From Takakia lepidozioides (lineage: Eukaryota; Plantae; Bryophyta), in NCBI GenBank assembly GCA_030704615.1, contig CM060734.1:1-64000 (forward strand): a stretch of 64,000 nt of DNA. Reading direction: 5' to 3'. The notes beneath the pieces are model-generated. The model was not told the origin of the DNA, searched no databases, and saw only the letters and a list, made by a program, of their open reading frames with translations. Within the stretch, counting starts at the first letter, position 1; the number at the start of each line of letters is the position of its first letter. The position numbers and the translations under genes are program-made. Positions 24,940 through 37,670 of this stretch are shown piece after piece.

Positions 24940-25275
24940 TTTTTCATCCAGGGTGGATGAAAAATCATATTTTACCAAGAGAGGCACTTTGTCAATGGAT
25001 GACATCCCATAGAAATGTATCTTTAGGGTTATGGTATAGGCTTAGGTTTAATAACTGCCATCATGTATGATGGTAGTTTTATTATTCTCTTGGATTTTAT
25101 AATAGGTAACCATTATTTATGTAGATCATCCAGTTTAGATGAAAGAAATAGATGGTAAATCCAGCTTTCTGTACATTAAGTTTCATCACCCTATAATAAA
25201 ATCATCCAGATTTGGATGAAAAAAATTGGGATGAAAAACTAAATAACCTCAAAAGGCTAAGGCCAGATGAAATCC
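24940..25275. repeat. Dispersed repeat rich in CATCCA/TGGATGAAA motifs (related patches at ~37870-38130 and ~50990-51170)
   Basis: Repeated tttcatcca and tggatgaaa words in both orientations at three places in the window. Confidence 0.55.
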
Positions 25276-25429
25276 AAAGAGTTATAGAGGGAGAGGGAGA
25301 GAGGGAGAGAGAGAGAGAGGGGGGGGAAAGAAAGAAAAACAGAGTGGCCCCCCCCCCCCCCCCCCCCCACCCTAGAGTCCCATCCCCATCCCCACCCCTC
25401 TCTTGCCCCTTAACTGAAAGAAAAAGGCA

Positions 25430-27060
25430 GCCCCTCTTACGACCCCCATCCGTCGCAAGAAAAAAAACCCGTCGCAATATCCCACGTGCGACGCCCTGCC
25501 ATCGCAGCGGCCTTTTTGCCCTTCATGCCACTTTGCGACGGCTGGGCATCGCAACGAGGGGTTGTTCTGCTTGCGACGGCTTGGCGTCGCACGAAAGGGT
25601 TGCCTTATTGCCCTTCATGCCACCTTGCGACGTCCCGGCGTCGCAGGCTGGCCCCGGCGCTGGGGGGCGACGCTCCGGCGTCGCAAATAAGGGCTGCCTT
25701 TTGCCCTTCATGCAACCTTGTGATGTCTGGGCGTCGCCGCCTGTCCCCGGCATTGTGCTGCGACGCTCTGGCGTCTCAAGGTTCTGTTTGCGACGCTCCG
25801 GCGTCGCAAAAAAGCACCGCGGGGGCGTCGCAGGCTTAGGGCCGCACGGGGCATGGGGGCGCGGCTGGCGTCGCTAACTTCTGGCCCTCTCCTCTTCCCC
25901 CTCCCTTTCCCGTGCCCCCCTATTTCCCTCTTCCCTCTTCTTGTCTTCCTCCCTCTTCCTTTCCTCCTCCTTCCACCTCATTGTGGCCTCCTTTGAAGCT
26001 TCCCTCTTCTCCCAAGGTGAGGAAACCCCCCCTTATGAGCCCCCCCTTATAAGCCCTCTTTGGCTGCAAAACAAGGGGAAAAGGCATTGGTGGTGGGGGT
26101 AAGCTCAAGGTGCCCATACTTGGCGCCAGATCTGAGAATGCGCTTCCCCGCGTAAGTGTCAGGGCCCTCCATCAGCCCACGTGGGGTGGCGTTCCAGCCT
26201 GAACATTCACTACAGGAAACGGGGGGGAGAGGGGGGGGGGGGGGGGTTTACGATGCCACGGCAACACCTCTACGACGCCGTGACGTCGCTAAATCGCCAT
26301 TTTGGGGCAGGGTGAAATCCCCATGCGTCGCAGGGGCGTGGCAAGAATAGCGTCGCTATTATCCGACGGATAGGGGTCGCTAAGCATCGCCCCCCACCCC
26401 CCCCTCCCCCGCGACGCCCCGACGTCACTTTTAGGCGATCCACAGCGCTGGTAGGGCCTCCTGCTAGCGACGCCCGGCCGTCGCTGCCTTCCAGCCGATA
26501 GCATTGTGTGGGGCGACGGCGCGGCGTCGCTGATTGTTTTTTTTTGGAAGTGCCCGGAGGTGCCTCAAAAAATTGAGACACGTGGCACCATGGGGCGTTG
26601 CTAGCCGGCTGCGTGGGGCCCCATCTTGCAACGCCTGGGCGTGGCAACAGTCAGCCAGGCGTTCCAGAGGGGTTGGTTCTAGCGACCCCCATACGTCGCA
26701 AAAAAAAAAAAAAAAAAAAAACTCGTCACAGGCAGCCACGCCGCGTCGTCGGTTGCAGCGACCCCCTGCCAAAAACCCATCGCAGGGGGCCACGCCCCGC
26801 CGTCGGGAGCAGCAACCCCCGGCCAAAAAAAACCCGTCGCAGTGGGCCACGCCCCGCTGTCGGCTCTGGCGACCCCGCCGACACAAACCCCCAACAGGGG
26901 GCCACGCCATGCCGTCGGTGCTAGCAACCCCCCACAAAAAAAACCCGTCGCATGGGAATCAAGGATGGCGATGGCGGGGGTTGTTGCATGCAACGCCCAG
27001 GGGTGGCAACAGGCGACGCCCTGGGGTTGTTTCATGCGACCTCCAGGGGTGGCCTACTAT
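25430..27060. repeat. GC/CpG-rich array of GCGACG/CGTCGC motifs with homopolymer tracts (probable DNA-transposon subterminal or internal repeats)
   Basis: Dozens of gcgacg/cgtcgc words in both orientations in two blocks (25430-25875, 26240-27050) around a pyrimidine-rich core; poly-G and poly-A runs. Confidence 0.7.
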
Positions 27061-28812
27061 TTTGCATTGAATTGGTGGATTTTTGTTTTTTTCCCTGGTT
27101 TTTTTTTTGGTTGTTGGGGGATCTCACCATAGGCTATTTCTCTTGCAGGTACACAAGTCTGGTTTAGTGCATGATCAGTATGAGCAAGCATGAATTGAGG
27201 GTGAGCTCGGTGCGGCACAAAATGAATACAAGGTGAAAGATGGAAATATACAACGACGCAATGGCGTGAGCCTTGCGCGTGAGCGCGCGAGCGTACGCTC
27301 ACGCAGGAGTGACGTGGCGTGAGCGTGCACCCACGCTGACGTGGCATGAGCGTGATGTCAACAGGCTGATATGGCGACAAATGCTGACGTGGCACTGCGC
27401 GGTCATCTGCCACGTCAGCATGAACATGCGCCGCCTATAACCGAGGATGGTCCTCTGACCGTGGGATTAATGCAGGGAATCCTTGGCTGAATACAATCAA
27501 CACTACCATGAGGCCTACAATTGTAGCATCCAACATTGTGCAATTACAAATGGGTCAAAGCATGCTACGGTCCACCCAAAATGGACGTCCCAAGCTCTCT
27601 ACGAATGCAATGCCACATAGAAGGACTGACATGGATGTGGGATATAAGTGCATTTTGAAAGTTAAGAAATGAATCATTGATCCTTATTCTGTGCTGAACA
27701 ACGGTGGTTTTTTTTTGGAATCCATGGAAATTTGAGCATTGAATGAAGTCCAAACGTAAAAGTATGTATGATGTCCAAAGTAAGGTTGTGGACTTTATGG
27801 AATCAAAGGGAGTGGTGGAAAACTTCAATTCACATAGGGATTTTATTGTCCAGTAGGAAGGTCACTGTTATACGTGGAAACCACAATGTAGCCCTAAAAA
27901 TTAGTTTATGAGATATGTGAGAAATTTTCAAAATCTATCATTTTATCTTGGAACATCCTAATTCATTATACCTTCTTCCACTCATTTTCTTGCTATGGTC
28001 CTTTCATAAGAAGTGTAGCTTTAAACACTCCCTAAGGCACTGCACAATGATATGGAGGTTTTTATGAAAGAATGAACTGCTTGATGATTTTTCATGAAGA
28101 GGGTTACATTGGTATATATTTTGGAAAAATCTAGAAAATAATGTAACGTTCACATAAGGGCAAAGGGGTTGCAGGAGACACTAAAGGTTGCTACGTATGC
28201 CATTTTGGTGAAAAAATCTAAGTCGTCGAACTGCCTACCGTGAGATATGGACTGCGCGGTTGCGTCCGCCATGGAAGCTGCATGAAAAGCTTCAAGACAA
28301 CAGTCTTGCACATGGAGTGTGCGAGATGGCAGGTCACCCGTCGCCGGGTGGTCTGTCAACGTAGATTTTCAAAATGTTTGCGCGTTTGCAAGTGTGGCCC
28401 ATACACCTTTGCCATAATGGCCTAACGTTCTATTCGTGCTATCGATCTTCTTTCTCATATTTTTGAGTGTGCAGAGATAGCCGTGCATGATATGCTTTCA
28501 GTTGCTATGTAATGCAGTAGAGCGCACATTTGCCCTGGAACACGTTGGATACGGGGTGCGACACGGGCGGTATCTGCGTGCAACCTCGCCATTTCCGTAT
28601 CTTCGTGCAACCTGGCCATTTCCTCCAACATTTGGGTGTTTGATTTTGCTCTTGTCGTACTCACTACGCACTTCTTTTGTCTATGTTGCTCACCTGAGTT
28701 CGAAGAAAGTGCCCTGTGTAGTATTTATGTGATACATGTGTGAGTTTTGGAGGTTGCAATCTTTGTATAGTGATAACTAGCTGTAAGTGGTATTGTGTTT
28801 GCGTTTGTGAGG

Positions 28813-31800
28813 GTCACAATCTGAACCATATCAGCCCCATCTACTAGCTCAAGTCTTGGGTACGCAAGCTGCTTGTAGGTTGCGTGCACTACAATTGCAG
28901 CTACTTACAGCCTGCCCGTTACCTCCATCTAGAATAATGTTAATCTTCCCTCAGGTTGAACATGAGTCAGAGGATGTACCATACCATGCATCGCCATTCC
29001 AAACAAAAATAGGAAGCACAACATTTTGAAACATTTCATTTAAAGCAAATTTTGTACAATACAAGTTTTTGCAATTGGATTCCTGAGCTAGCTAAGCCGG
29101 GCTAAGCATGCATTTCCTCCCCCACGCTCCAAGGTTGATGTCCCCATCAACGTTTCTTCCGCTTTTGAGGTCGCCCTTCGAAAGCTGCAACCGCCTCGGA
29201 TGCGTTTCTCATTTCTGAGGCACGCACCCAAGATGCCTCCACATGATGATAGCCCTTCCATTTGACGAGATACTCCGTTTCTCGGTTCCTGAACCTCCTC
29301 GACTTAAGTATTGCCTCCACCTCGTACTCAGGTTCATTTTCATGATCCAACAACATAGGTGGTGGACGCAACACTTGATGCCGATTCGAACGCGCTTCAT
29401 CTTTGAAGTAAGGCTTCAAAAGGGATACATGGAATACTGGGTGCACCTTACTGTTTGCCGGCAGCTCCAATTCATACACATCCTCATTCATAACCTTCCG
29501 AATGCGAAAGGGTCCCGCATACGGAGGTACGAACTTCGGACTCACTTCCGGAGGTAGTCGGAAATTCTTGATGTTCAACCAGACCTCTGTGTCTGCCTCA
29601 AACTTCACTTCCTTTCGCTTCCGATTCGCCTGCCTTTCATACCGTTTCCTAGCTTTGGCAATATTGTACTTTGCGAGCTTCAACAAACGCTCGCGTTCTT
29701 TCAGTACCGCCGCTACTGCTGGTTCCTCAACGTCTTGGGCAGCCCAACTTGTCGGCACCAGAGGTGCTTTTCCATAGACCAATACGAAAGGGGAAACTCC
29801 CGTTGCGGAGTGTTCTGTGTTATCATAACAGAACTCTGCCGCGTCTAAGTGTTCCACCCAGTCTGTTTGGTCTGCCGACACATAATTCCGCAAGATCTGC
29901 TTCACTACGGAATTCACCCTTTCTGTTTGGCCGTCGGTCGTAGGTCGGAAGGCGGCGCTCATCTTCAGCCTCGTCCCCATCTTCTTCCAAAGTGCCCTCC
30001 AAAATTTACTCGTAAACTTTGGATCGCGGTCCGAGACAATATCCTTCGGGACTCCATGATGTTTTAAGACGTGGGCGAAGTAAAGTCGCCCTGTCTCCTG
30101 CGCCGTTGCCGTCTCCTTGGTGGGGATGAAATGGCCCATTTTACTGAACCTATCCACCACCACCATGATTGCATCGAATCCTTTTGACAGCGGCATAGCA
30201 ATCATGAAATCCATCGAGACGCTTTCCCAAGTCCCCTTTGGAATTGGCAAGGGTTGTAACAGCCCCGCTTGCTTTTTGTACTCGCTCCGGTTTTGTTGGC
30301 ATGTGGTGCATGTCTTGACATACTCCTCTGCCTCCTCCCTCAGTTTGGGCCAGAAATACTCTTTCTTCAAGAGTGACGCAGTGCGCTTGGCACCGTCGTG
30401 GCCCGCAAGCGGGCTATCATGGCATTCTCTCAAGAGGCTATCTCCGATCCCTCCCTTCGGCACGTAGAGACGTTTTTGCTTATACCGGAGCAGTCCATTT
30501 TGCAAGTGGAACTGCAATTTACCCCCCATCCTCAAGTCCTGCATCGCGGACTTTGCCAGCTCATCCTTCCGGCAAGCCTTCCGGATCTTCCTTTGGAGCG
30601 TCGTCTCGCCCTTGTACACCAACAAGAGCTGCTGCTTTCTACTTAAAGCATCAGCCACCACGTTGTCTCGTCCCGGTTTGTACTGGATATCCACGTCGAA
30701 CACCGCCAAAGTATCTTGCCACCTAAGTTGTTTTGGGGACAACTTGGGCTGCGTGGCAAAATACTTCACCGTGACATTGTCCGTGAACACCTTCACTGGG
30801 TTGGAACCAACATAGTGGCGCCAAAGCTCGAGGCAATGCACCACCGCCTTCATCTCTTTTTCGTGCGTCGGCCACCGTCGCTCCACTTCATTCAGTTTCT
30901 TACTTTCGTAAGCCACTGGTCGTCCATCTTGCATAAGTACACCCCCAATCGCGAAGTCCGACGCATCTGTATGAATCTCAAATGGACGATCGAACTCCGG
31001 GATTTTCAAGACTGGAGCTTCCGCCATCCGCTGCTTCAATTCAGCAAAAGCTTGGCCACAAAATGTATTCCATTCCCAGACTTTGGATTTACACAGAAGG
31101 TCCGACAACGGCCCCGCGATCTTGGCGAAATTTCTCACATACTTCCGGTAATAGGAGGCGAGTCCTAGGAAGGATCGCACTCCCGGGACCGAAGTCGGAG
31201 GCTCCCAGTCCAAGATCGCCCTCACCTTTCTGTCATCCATTTTGATCCCATCCTGTGTAATTACATGCCCCATGAACTCCACTTTTGTGACCCCGAATTC
31301 GCACTTTGAAGCTTTGGCATACAGCTTCCCTTCTCGCATTTTTGGAACATCCTTTTTAGGTGCTCCAGGTGTTCTTCCTTTGTTTTCGAGTACACCAAGA
31401 TGTCGTCGATGTACACGATCACAAAGTCATCCAACCACTCCTGGAAAAGGCTGTTCATCAGCGTGCTAAATGTCGCTGGTGCATTGGTGAGCCCAAAAGG
31501 CATCACCAAGAACTCATATGAACCATACCTTGTCCTGCACGCGGTCTTCTCCTCATCTCCTTCCGCCACCCGAATTTGATGATAGCCGGAGCGCAAGTCG
31601 ATCCGGCTGAAATACTTCGCTCCTGCCAACCGATCGAAGAGGTCGTCGATCTTTGGCAAAGGGTACCGGTTTTTGATAGTCACTTTATTCAGAGCCCTGT
31701 AATCGACACACATCCGTAGCGTCCCATCATTCTTGTCTGCAAATAGCATCGGGGCACCGTAAGGTGACTTACTTGGCCGGATATACCCCTTTGACATTAG

Positions 31801-33840
31801 ATCCTTGAGCTGAGTCTTCAGCTCGACCAACTCTCTGTGGCTCAACCGGTAGGGCGCCTTGGCAGGCGGTTCCGATCCCGGTATCACCTCAATCTTGTGG
31901 TCAACTCCTCTTCGCGGTGGCAAGCCGCTTGGTAAATCCTCCGGCATCACATCCTGGTATTTCTCCAAAATCCCCTTGATCCAATCTGGGCTCGGCTCCC
32001 CATCGCCTTCTCTTTTCACTTCTCTAATGTAAAGCAAAATTGGGGCTCGTGTGCCTCCTCCACGGCCCACTCCTTTGCTGATAGAAGGTTTATTCGCCAT
32101 CCCACGGATTTGGGCGTTTCCGACACTCGTAAAACCTCGCCACCATTCCCACATGGCAGCGTGACTACTCTCTTGCGGCCATCTATGACCGCTCCGGATT
32201 TGGTCAAAAGGTCATCCCCAAAATGAGATCCACTCCATCGATCTCGCAGATGGTGAAGTTCTCACGTCCCTCCCAACTCCCCAGTTGAAGAGGAACATCA
32301 AACGCCAACCTTGTCGCCAACTGTGGTTCTCCTTTGGCAGAACGTACCTCAATAGAGGCCCCCACGTCACTTGTCGGGAGTCCCAACTTTCGCGCCGCCG
32401 CCGGCGTCATGAAGGAGTGCGACGCTCCTGTGTCCACCAACAACGACACGTTAGTTCCGGATATTATCCCATCCACGAACAATAACTGACTCCCTTTACG
32501 CAGGGCGCCAGTTTCCTGATACAACTCACAAGAATAGTTGCCTACCTTGCAAGTCCTGGCGACCACCGCTTCCACCAAGCGACTGATGGTATCTTCCGAC
32601 AGCTCCGTGGTTGCCCGAGTCATGTTCAATTGTTGAGGTTTTGTGCACTTCTTGGCCATGTGCCCAGGCTCCCCGCAATTGAAACACACTCCATCAAAGG
32701 TCGCCTTCTGTCCGCCATAAGCCGCTCCACCCGTTTTTCCTTTCAAAGCACCGGGTGCCGCCTTGACGTGTGAAGGCCCTCCCTTCGATTTCCACGTGCC
32801 ATTGTCGCCGCGTGGCCTATCCCACTTCTTTTCCGGTCGGGAGGAGTCACCTTCCCGCCGGGTCTTCTTGTGGTTCAGCTCCGTACGGCCTTGTCTCTCA
32901 CCCCTAGGGACATCCGAGAAACATTCAGCCCTCTCAATTGCCTCGTTCAAAGTCTTGGGTGGCTTCTCCTCCAACTTCCGCCTGGCCCATGGGGCCAATC
33001 CCGCCACAAAGTTGAAGACCATTTCTGGTTCTGCCATGTCCGCGACTTCGAGCAACAGCACATTGAAAGCCTGGACATACCCCCAAATGTCATCTGTTTG
33101 CTTCAAATTCCTCATCTTGTCCCGGGCAAGCCAGGACGCGTTGAGGGGCACAAACTGTCTCTTCATCAATTCCTTGAACCCACTCTAGTCCAAGGTTTCC
33201 GGGCTTGGACCTCGGTCGTGAAGGCGTTTCTGCCACCATTGTTGAGCATAGCCCTCAAATAGGTGGGAGCCACTTCCACCCTATCCTCGTCACTCAACTT
33301 GGCCGCCCGGAAGTACTGCTCTAGCTCCAGGAGCCAGGTGTTGAGTGCCTTCCGATTTTGGACGCCCTCGAAGGTGCCGGGTTCCTTAGGCTTCACCTTA
33401 AACTTTGCCTTAGTGGAAGTGGCATTAGCCGCCTTCAACACGTCTTTCAACGTCCCGCCAAACTGCGCCAACAACCCTTCCCAAAACGCTGCCGGCATGG
33501 GAGGCATCTGTTGGTCGGTCGGAGCTCTCACGGATTCCTCGGGCTCCAACTCCTCGGATTCCTCCCGCTCTTGAGCGGCCTCGCTTTCAGAAACTTGCGT
33601 CGCTTCCTCAAACGGCCGCTTCGGTGACACGTCGCCCCCATCGGGCTCACCAGGATTATCATCTTTTGGGCCGTTCCGCTTTCGCTTTGGCTTGCCCGAC
33701 CCCAGGATGAGGCCAATCCCAAGGACGATCGCGTACTGAACTCTAAGCTCTGATACCAAGTGTCGCGCACCTCACTTCGATAAGCTCCCCTTCAAGTCAT
33801 AGTTACTCGCTTTGATGCGCGCGCCTGACTCCCAACCTTT
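28813..33840 (-). mobile_element. Ty3/gypsy chromovirus LTR retrotransposon, near-complete internal region (gag-PR-RT-RH-IN-chromodomain)
   Basis: tRNA-iMet PBS TGGTATCAGAGC (~33747-33758) next to an LTR end ...GCGACA at 33761; gag with CFNCGEPGHMAKKC; protease LVDTGAS; RT YIDDIL; RNaseH TDASDFAIG; integrase H-H-C-C and DDE; GPF; chromodomain EYEVEAILKSR..EYLVKWKGY..SW; PPT GTGGGGGAGGAAA (29113-29125) followed by TG. About three frameshifts. Both LTRs are truncated. Confidence 0.93.
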
Positions 33841-35361
33841 TAGTGATTGGCTGTGGCTTTTTCTTTTGTGATAAGGTATGCCACTTTTTTTGCATTACGA
33901 CTGATTTTGGATAGGGAGGCAAGCCATTGGGGAAGGGAGGGGGTGTCCGTGGGTGGAGATAGGAGCGGTTGGTACACTTCTAATGTATTTAAATAGGTTA
34001 TGCGGGGGTCAGTTCTCCAATTGTTACATGCCGGGGATAGGGAGTGGGGTATGACGGCAAGGGCCTGTCCAATGGTGTGGTAGATATTGAGGTGGGAGGA
34101 CCATGCCCATTTCTGGGTCCTAGTGAGATATCCTCCATTTTGCTTTGAGTGGGCGGTCTGGGGGGGTTGAACATGTGGCTAAGACACTTTTAGTCATGTC
34201 TAGCATCGTAGATGAGAGAGTAATCTCGGCCTCGGTCCATGCGGCCTCGGGAGATAAGAGTGTATTAGTGTCTGAGAGGGTAGAGGAGATCTTATGTATG
34301 AAGGTAGAGGAGGTGGTGTGGAAGTGTTCTTGGAAGGCCTTGAGATTGTTTTGTGGGATGGGTGATAGAATTCTGGGTTGAGGGGGTGGGGTGTGTACGT
34401 CCGGGAGGGGTCAGAAGGGGATAAGAGATGGGGGAAAAGAGATAGAGATCAGGTAGTGATCGGAGTTGCATAGGCTATTGATATGGACATGGCTGTGAAG
34501 ATATGTGGGGATTTCATTACTAGATCTGAGGTAAAAGCCATCAAGCAAGCTTAGGGAGGAGTAGTGGAGACCCCTTTGTCGGGAGTAGTGGTAATCGGCA
34601 GGGATATATTTGAGCTTTAGAGTCTGAGTGAATTTGGCCCAGTCGTGATCCGGGGCCGAGGGTGGTTTGTGAATACCATTATATGAATGACCTAACAGTG
34701 CAATGTCCCTGTTAATAAACAATTTAAAGTTTGTAGTAAAAAATAAATGATCATCTTTAATAATAATAATAATAAATAAAATAAATGATTACTTGAAAAA
34801 TTTCCGAGTCAACAGTCACAATAGTCGCTGCTAGGATGACGTGATGGTGATGGTGGTTTGGGTGGGTGACTGTTTGGGAAATACTATGCAATATTCCAGT
34901 ATGAAGGGGAGGTCGTCTATATGCGAGGGCATATATAAATGTATAAGGGTAATGGGGCATAGTGATGGTGGGTGTAGTTGGATAATTTGTAGGTGTGAGC
35001 GGATGGGGACAGGGACAGTGATTTTAGTAGTGGTGCTGGGAGAATGGTGTGTGCGGAGGATGCCCAGTGCAACGCCACCCCTAGTGGGCTTATAGGGTGC
35101 GGAGCGGCGTAGGAGACATTGTTGAGCATTTAGAGGGTTACCATAAAATAGATGATAGTTGGGAAGTAGTTTGTTTATGTAAGAACTGCTAGTGTTATTG
35201 GTGTGTAGTTTGGTTTCCTGCAGGAGGAAGACATGTGGTTGTGCTGTGTTAGAGAAGAGGTGAAGCAGGCTTTGGATACTGGTGGCTAAGGCGCCCACAT
35301 TCCATGATGTGATGGTGAAGGTACTGGGATCAAGTTCGGAAATGGGGGGGTCATGTCTGGG

Positions 35362-35410
<49 letters not shown>

Positions 35411-37670
35411 GGTTGGTGTGTGTGGGGGCTGTGGGACTATTTTGTGTGGTTGGAGGGTCGTAGCCAGGTATCGGGGTGGTGGCATTGAGTGTGGCGGTAA
35501 TAATGTCTGTAGAGAGGAATGGGATTTGTTAGTGATGTGGTTGTGCCCGTGGTACGATGTGGAGACCAATGCCAGTTGGTCCCCCAGGATATTATGAACA
35601 ACCCCAGTTTGGGAGTCAAGTAGTTTGAGGGAAGCATGGATCTCGGCTAAGTAGTGCGGGGGGGGCATGTATTTAGTAGAGAGTGGTGGCATCAAGCTTA
35701 GTTGGCGTAGGAGAGATCGGATTTTTGAGGTCAAGTGAGATTTAAAATATCCGTTACATGTTTTTGGTAAAGGGGAGATGGTTACGACAAGCGAAAAAAT
35801 GAGCTGTGGGGCGGAGAAAGTCTTGAGTTTAGATAGGGCTGTAGCAAGTGCTGGGCAACTGTTGGGGGGTAGCCTGAAGGTTGTAATATGGCGAGAAGGG
35901 GTGTTCTTTGTGTTTTGGCATTTTGGGAGGAAGGGACTGAAGTGGTCGAGAATATGGCGGTAGCTATGTATAAGAGAGATATAGTTACGCTTGCTTCGGC
36001 AACGCGTCCACCTTTTTTTAAGAGAGATAGTGTTTGGTTGAAAGTATAGGGTATATCTCTCTTGCTCGTCTTCAGATAGAGTCTTGATAATTTCGGTAAT
36101 GGTAGGCGGACCAGGGTTAGGGTGAATATCACCACACCTCAAGAGGATTAGGTCTTGGCACGAGTGCACATATACTTGGTGAGGGTTAGGGGGGTCATGG
36201 TAATAATGTTTAGATTTTGTGGGGAATTTGTAATGTCGGCCGTATGGGCCATGGATGAGGGGATTGATTCGTTGGTGCACATGGCGGGTTGTCAGGTTGT
36301 GGGAGGAGCTGATGAGTGGTAGGGAATTATGGTGGGTAGATTGAGAGATGGTGGAGCTAGTGGAGGAAACATTATCATCCACTTTACCTGGCTAGGGAGT
36401 AGCCTGTGTGGCGGCCCTGTATATAGGGGCGATTTAGCTGTGTTTGTTTAGTGGGTGTACTTAAGGTGGCGGGGAGGTAGGCATTGCATATGTGGTGGAC
36501 TTAAGTGGGATGCATTCATCCACGATTTTTTTATATCCGTTGGTAGTGAGATAGATTTAGTGTTTATATAAGGGGGTGTAGTTTGGTAGAGATGACTGGC
36601 CAGCAGAGAAATGGGGAGAAGTGGGCCGCTAGCTTTCTGCGTATACTGAATCTGGGTGACAGACGCAGATGTCATATTATTGGGTTTGAATAATTTTAGG
36701 GGGGTGTTTTTATAAAAGGTGGCGGGACAGGTGTCAAGTGGTGCGTACGGGAGTGACAAGGTGGCGGGCGCGGGTAGGCCCTGCACGCGGGCCCCATAGA
36801 ACGGGTGCGGGGGATGGGGGCTGTCGTCAGGCAGGGCATAGTGGGTTCTCGAGAGGAGGGGAGAGGGGAGCTTTGAAATAGGGGGGAGTATGAGGTGCAC
36901 CAGCCGGCGGAGCACGGCGAGTGTTGAGAGTGAGCGGTGCTGTGGGTGCGGTGGCCGTGCATAGAGAGTTTAGGTGTTAGTTGGGGCGTTGCGGAGTCAG
37001 TATAGTAATTTGAGTGTAAGAGTTGAGTGCATAGATTGTACTCATAAGACGTTGTTTGCCGTAGCCTTGAGTTGAGTGCATAGAGATGTAGTGGGACTTG
37101 GCGGGTAGCATAGACATAAGGGAGCAAGTTCAATATGTGCGCATTGCATTGAGAAGCAAGGGAGAACAAAATGGCCGCAGCCAACATAGAAGAAAAGCCA
37201 TGCCATGGTGACGGCCACCTTGGATTCCATAGCAGCCAGCTCGCCTCTAATGTCGGTTTTGATGGTGATGGCATGTTCCGTGAGCTTTCTGTCTATTTCT
37301 AGCATCGTGGTATCATGACCTTTGCAGGGGCCTGAGTCCGTTTTAATGCTGATAGAGTTGACGGTATCTGCCAGGGCTTGAATTATATTGGTGACTCGGA
37401 GGCGCTCCAGAATTTTGTTGGCAGGGGGTACTGAGCCGTTCAGGCTATTCGTGTGTGGCTCGAATTTCACCAGCCTGCCTAGCACCTGTGTCGGGGCTTG
37501 TTACATCACTGAGTGTATATGCTGGGATTCTTGCAGGTGATGAGTGCCATGCCTGAGTGTTTGGTTTTCTCCATTGGGGGCGATTTTACTAAAGTAGACT
37601 TGAATGAGTTATCTTTGCCGAAGGCGTCCCTGAGAGCAGCTTCTGTAACCTCTTGGAAATGTAACGGGTC
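33841..37670 (-). mobile_element. APE-type LINE (ORF1 remnant, ORF2 N-terminus with 2A-like motif, AP endonuclease); RT absent
   Basis: Endonuclease motifs TITSWNV, FLLQETKL, GGVAL, HVILA.D..NRD, LDGFYL, SDHYLI. ORF1-like segment at 37042-37688. GDIHPNPGP at 36107-36133. A 47-nt poly-G tract at 35363-35409 marks the frameshift. Confidence 0.8.

Noticed and set aside
25202-27170. Long Arg/Pro/Gly-rich ORFs
   Set aside because: They arise from GC-rich low-complexity repeats with few stop codons in any frame.
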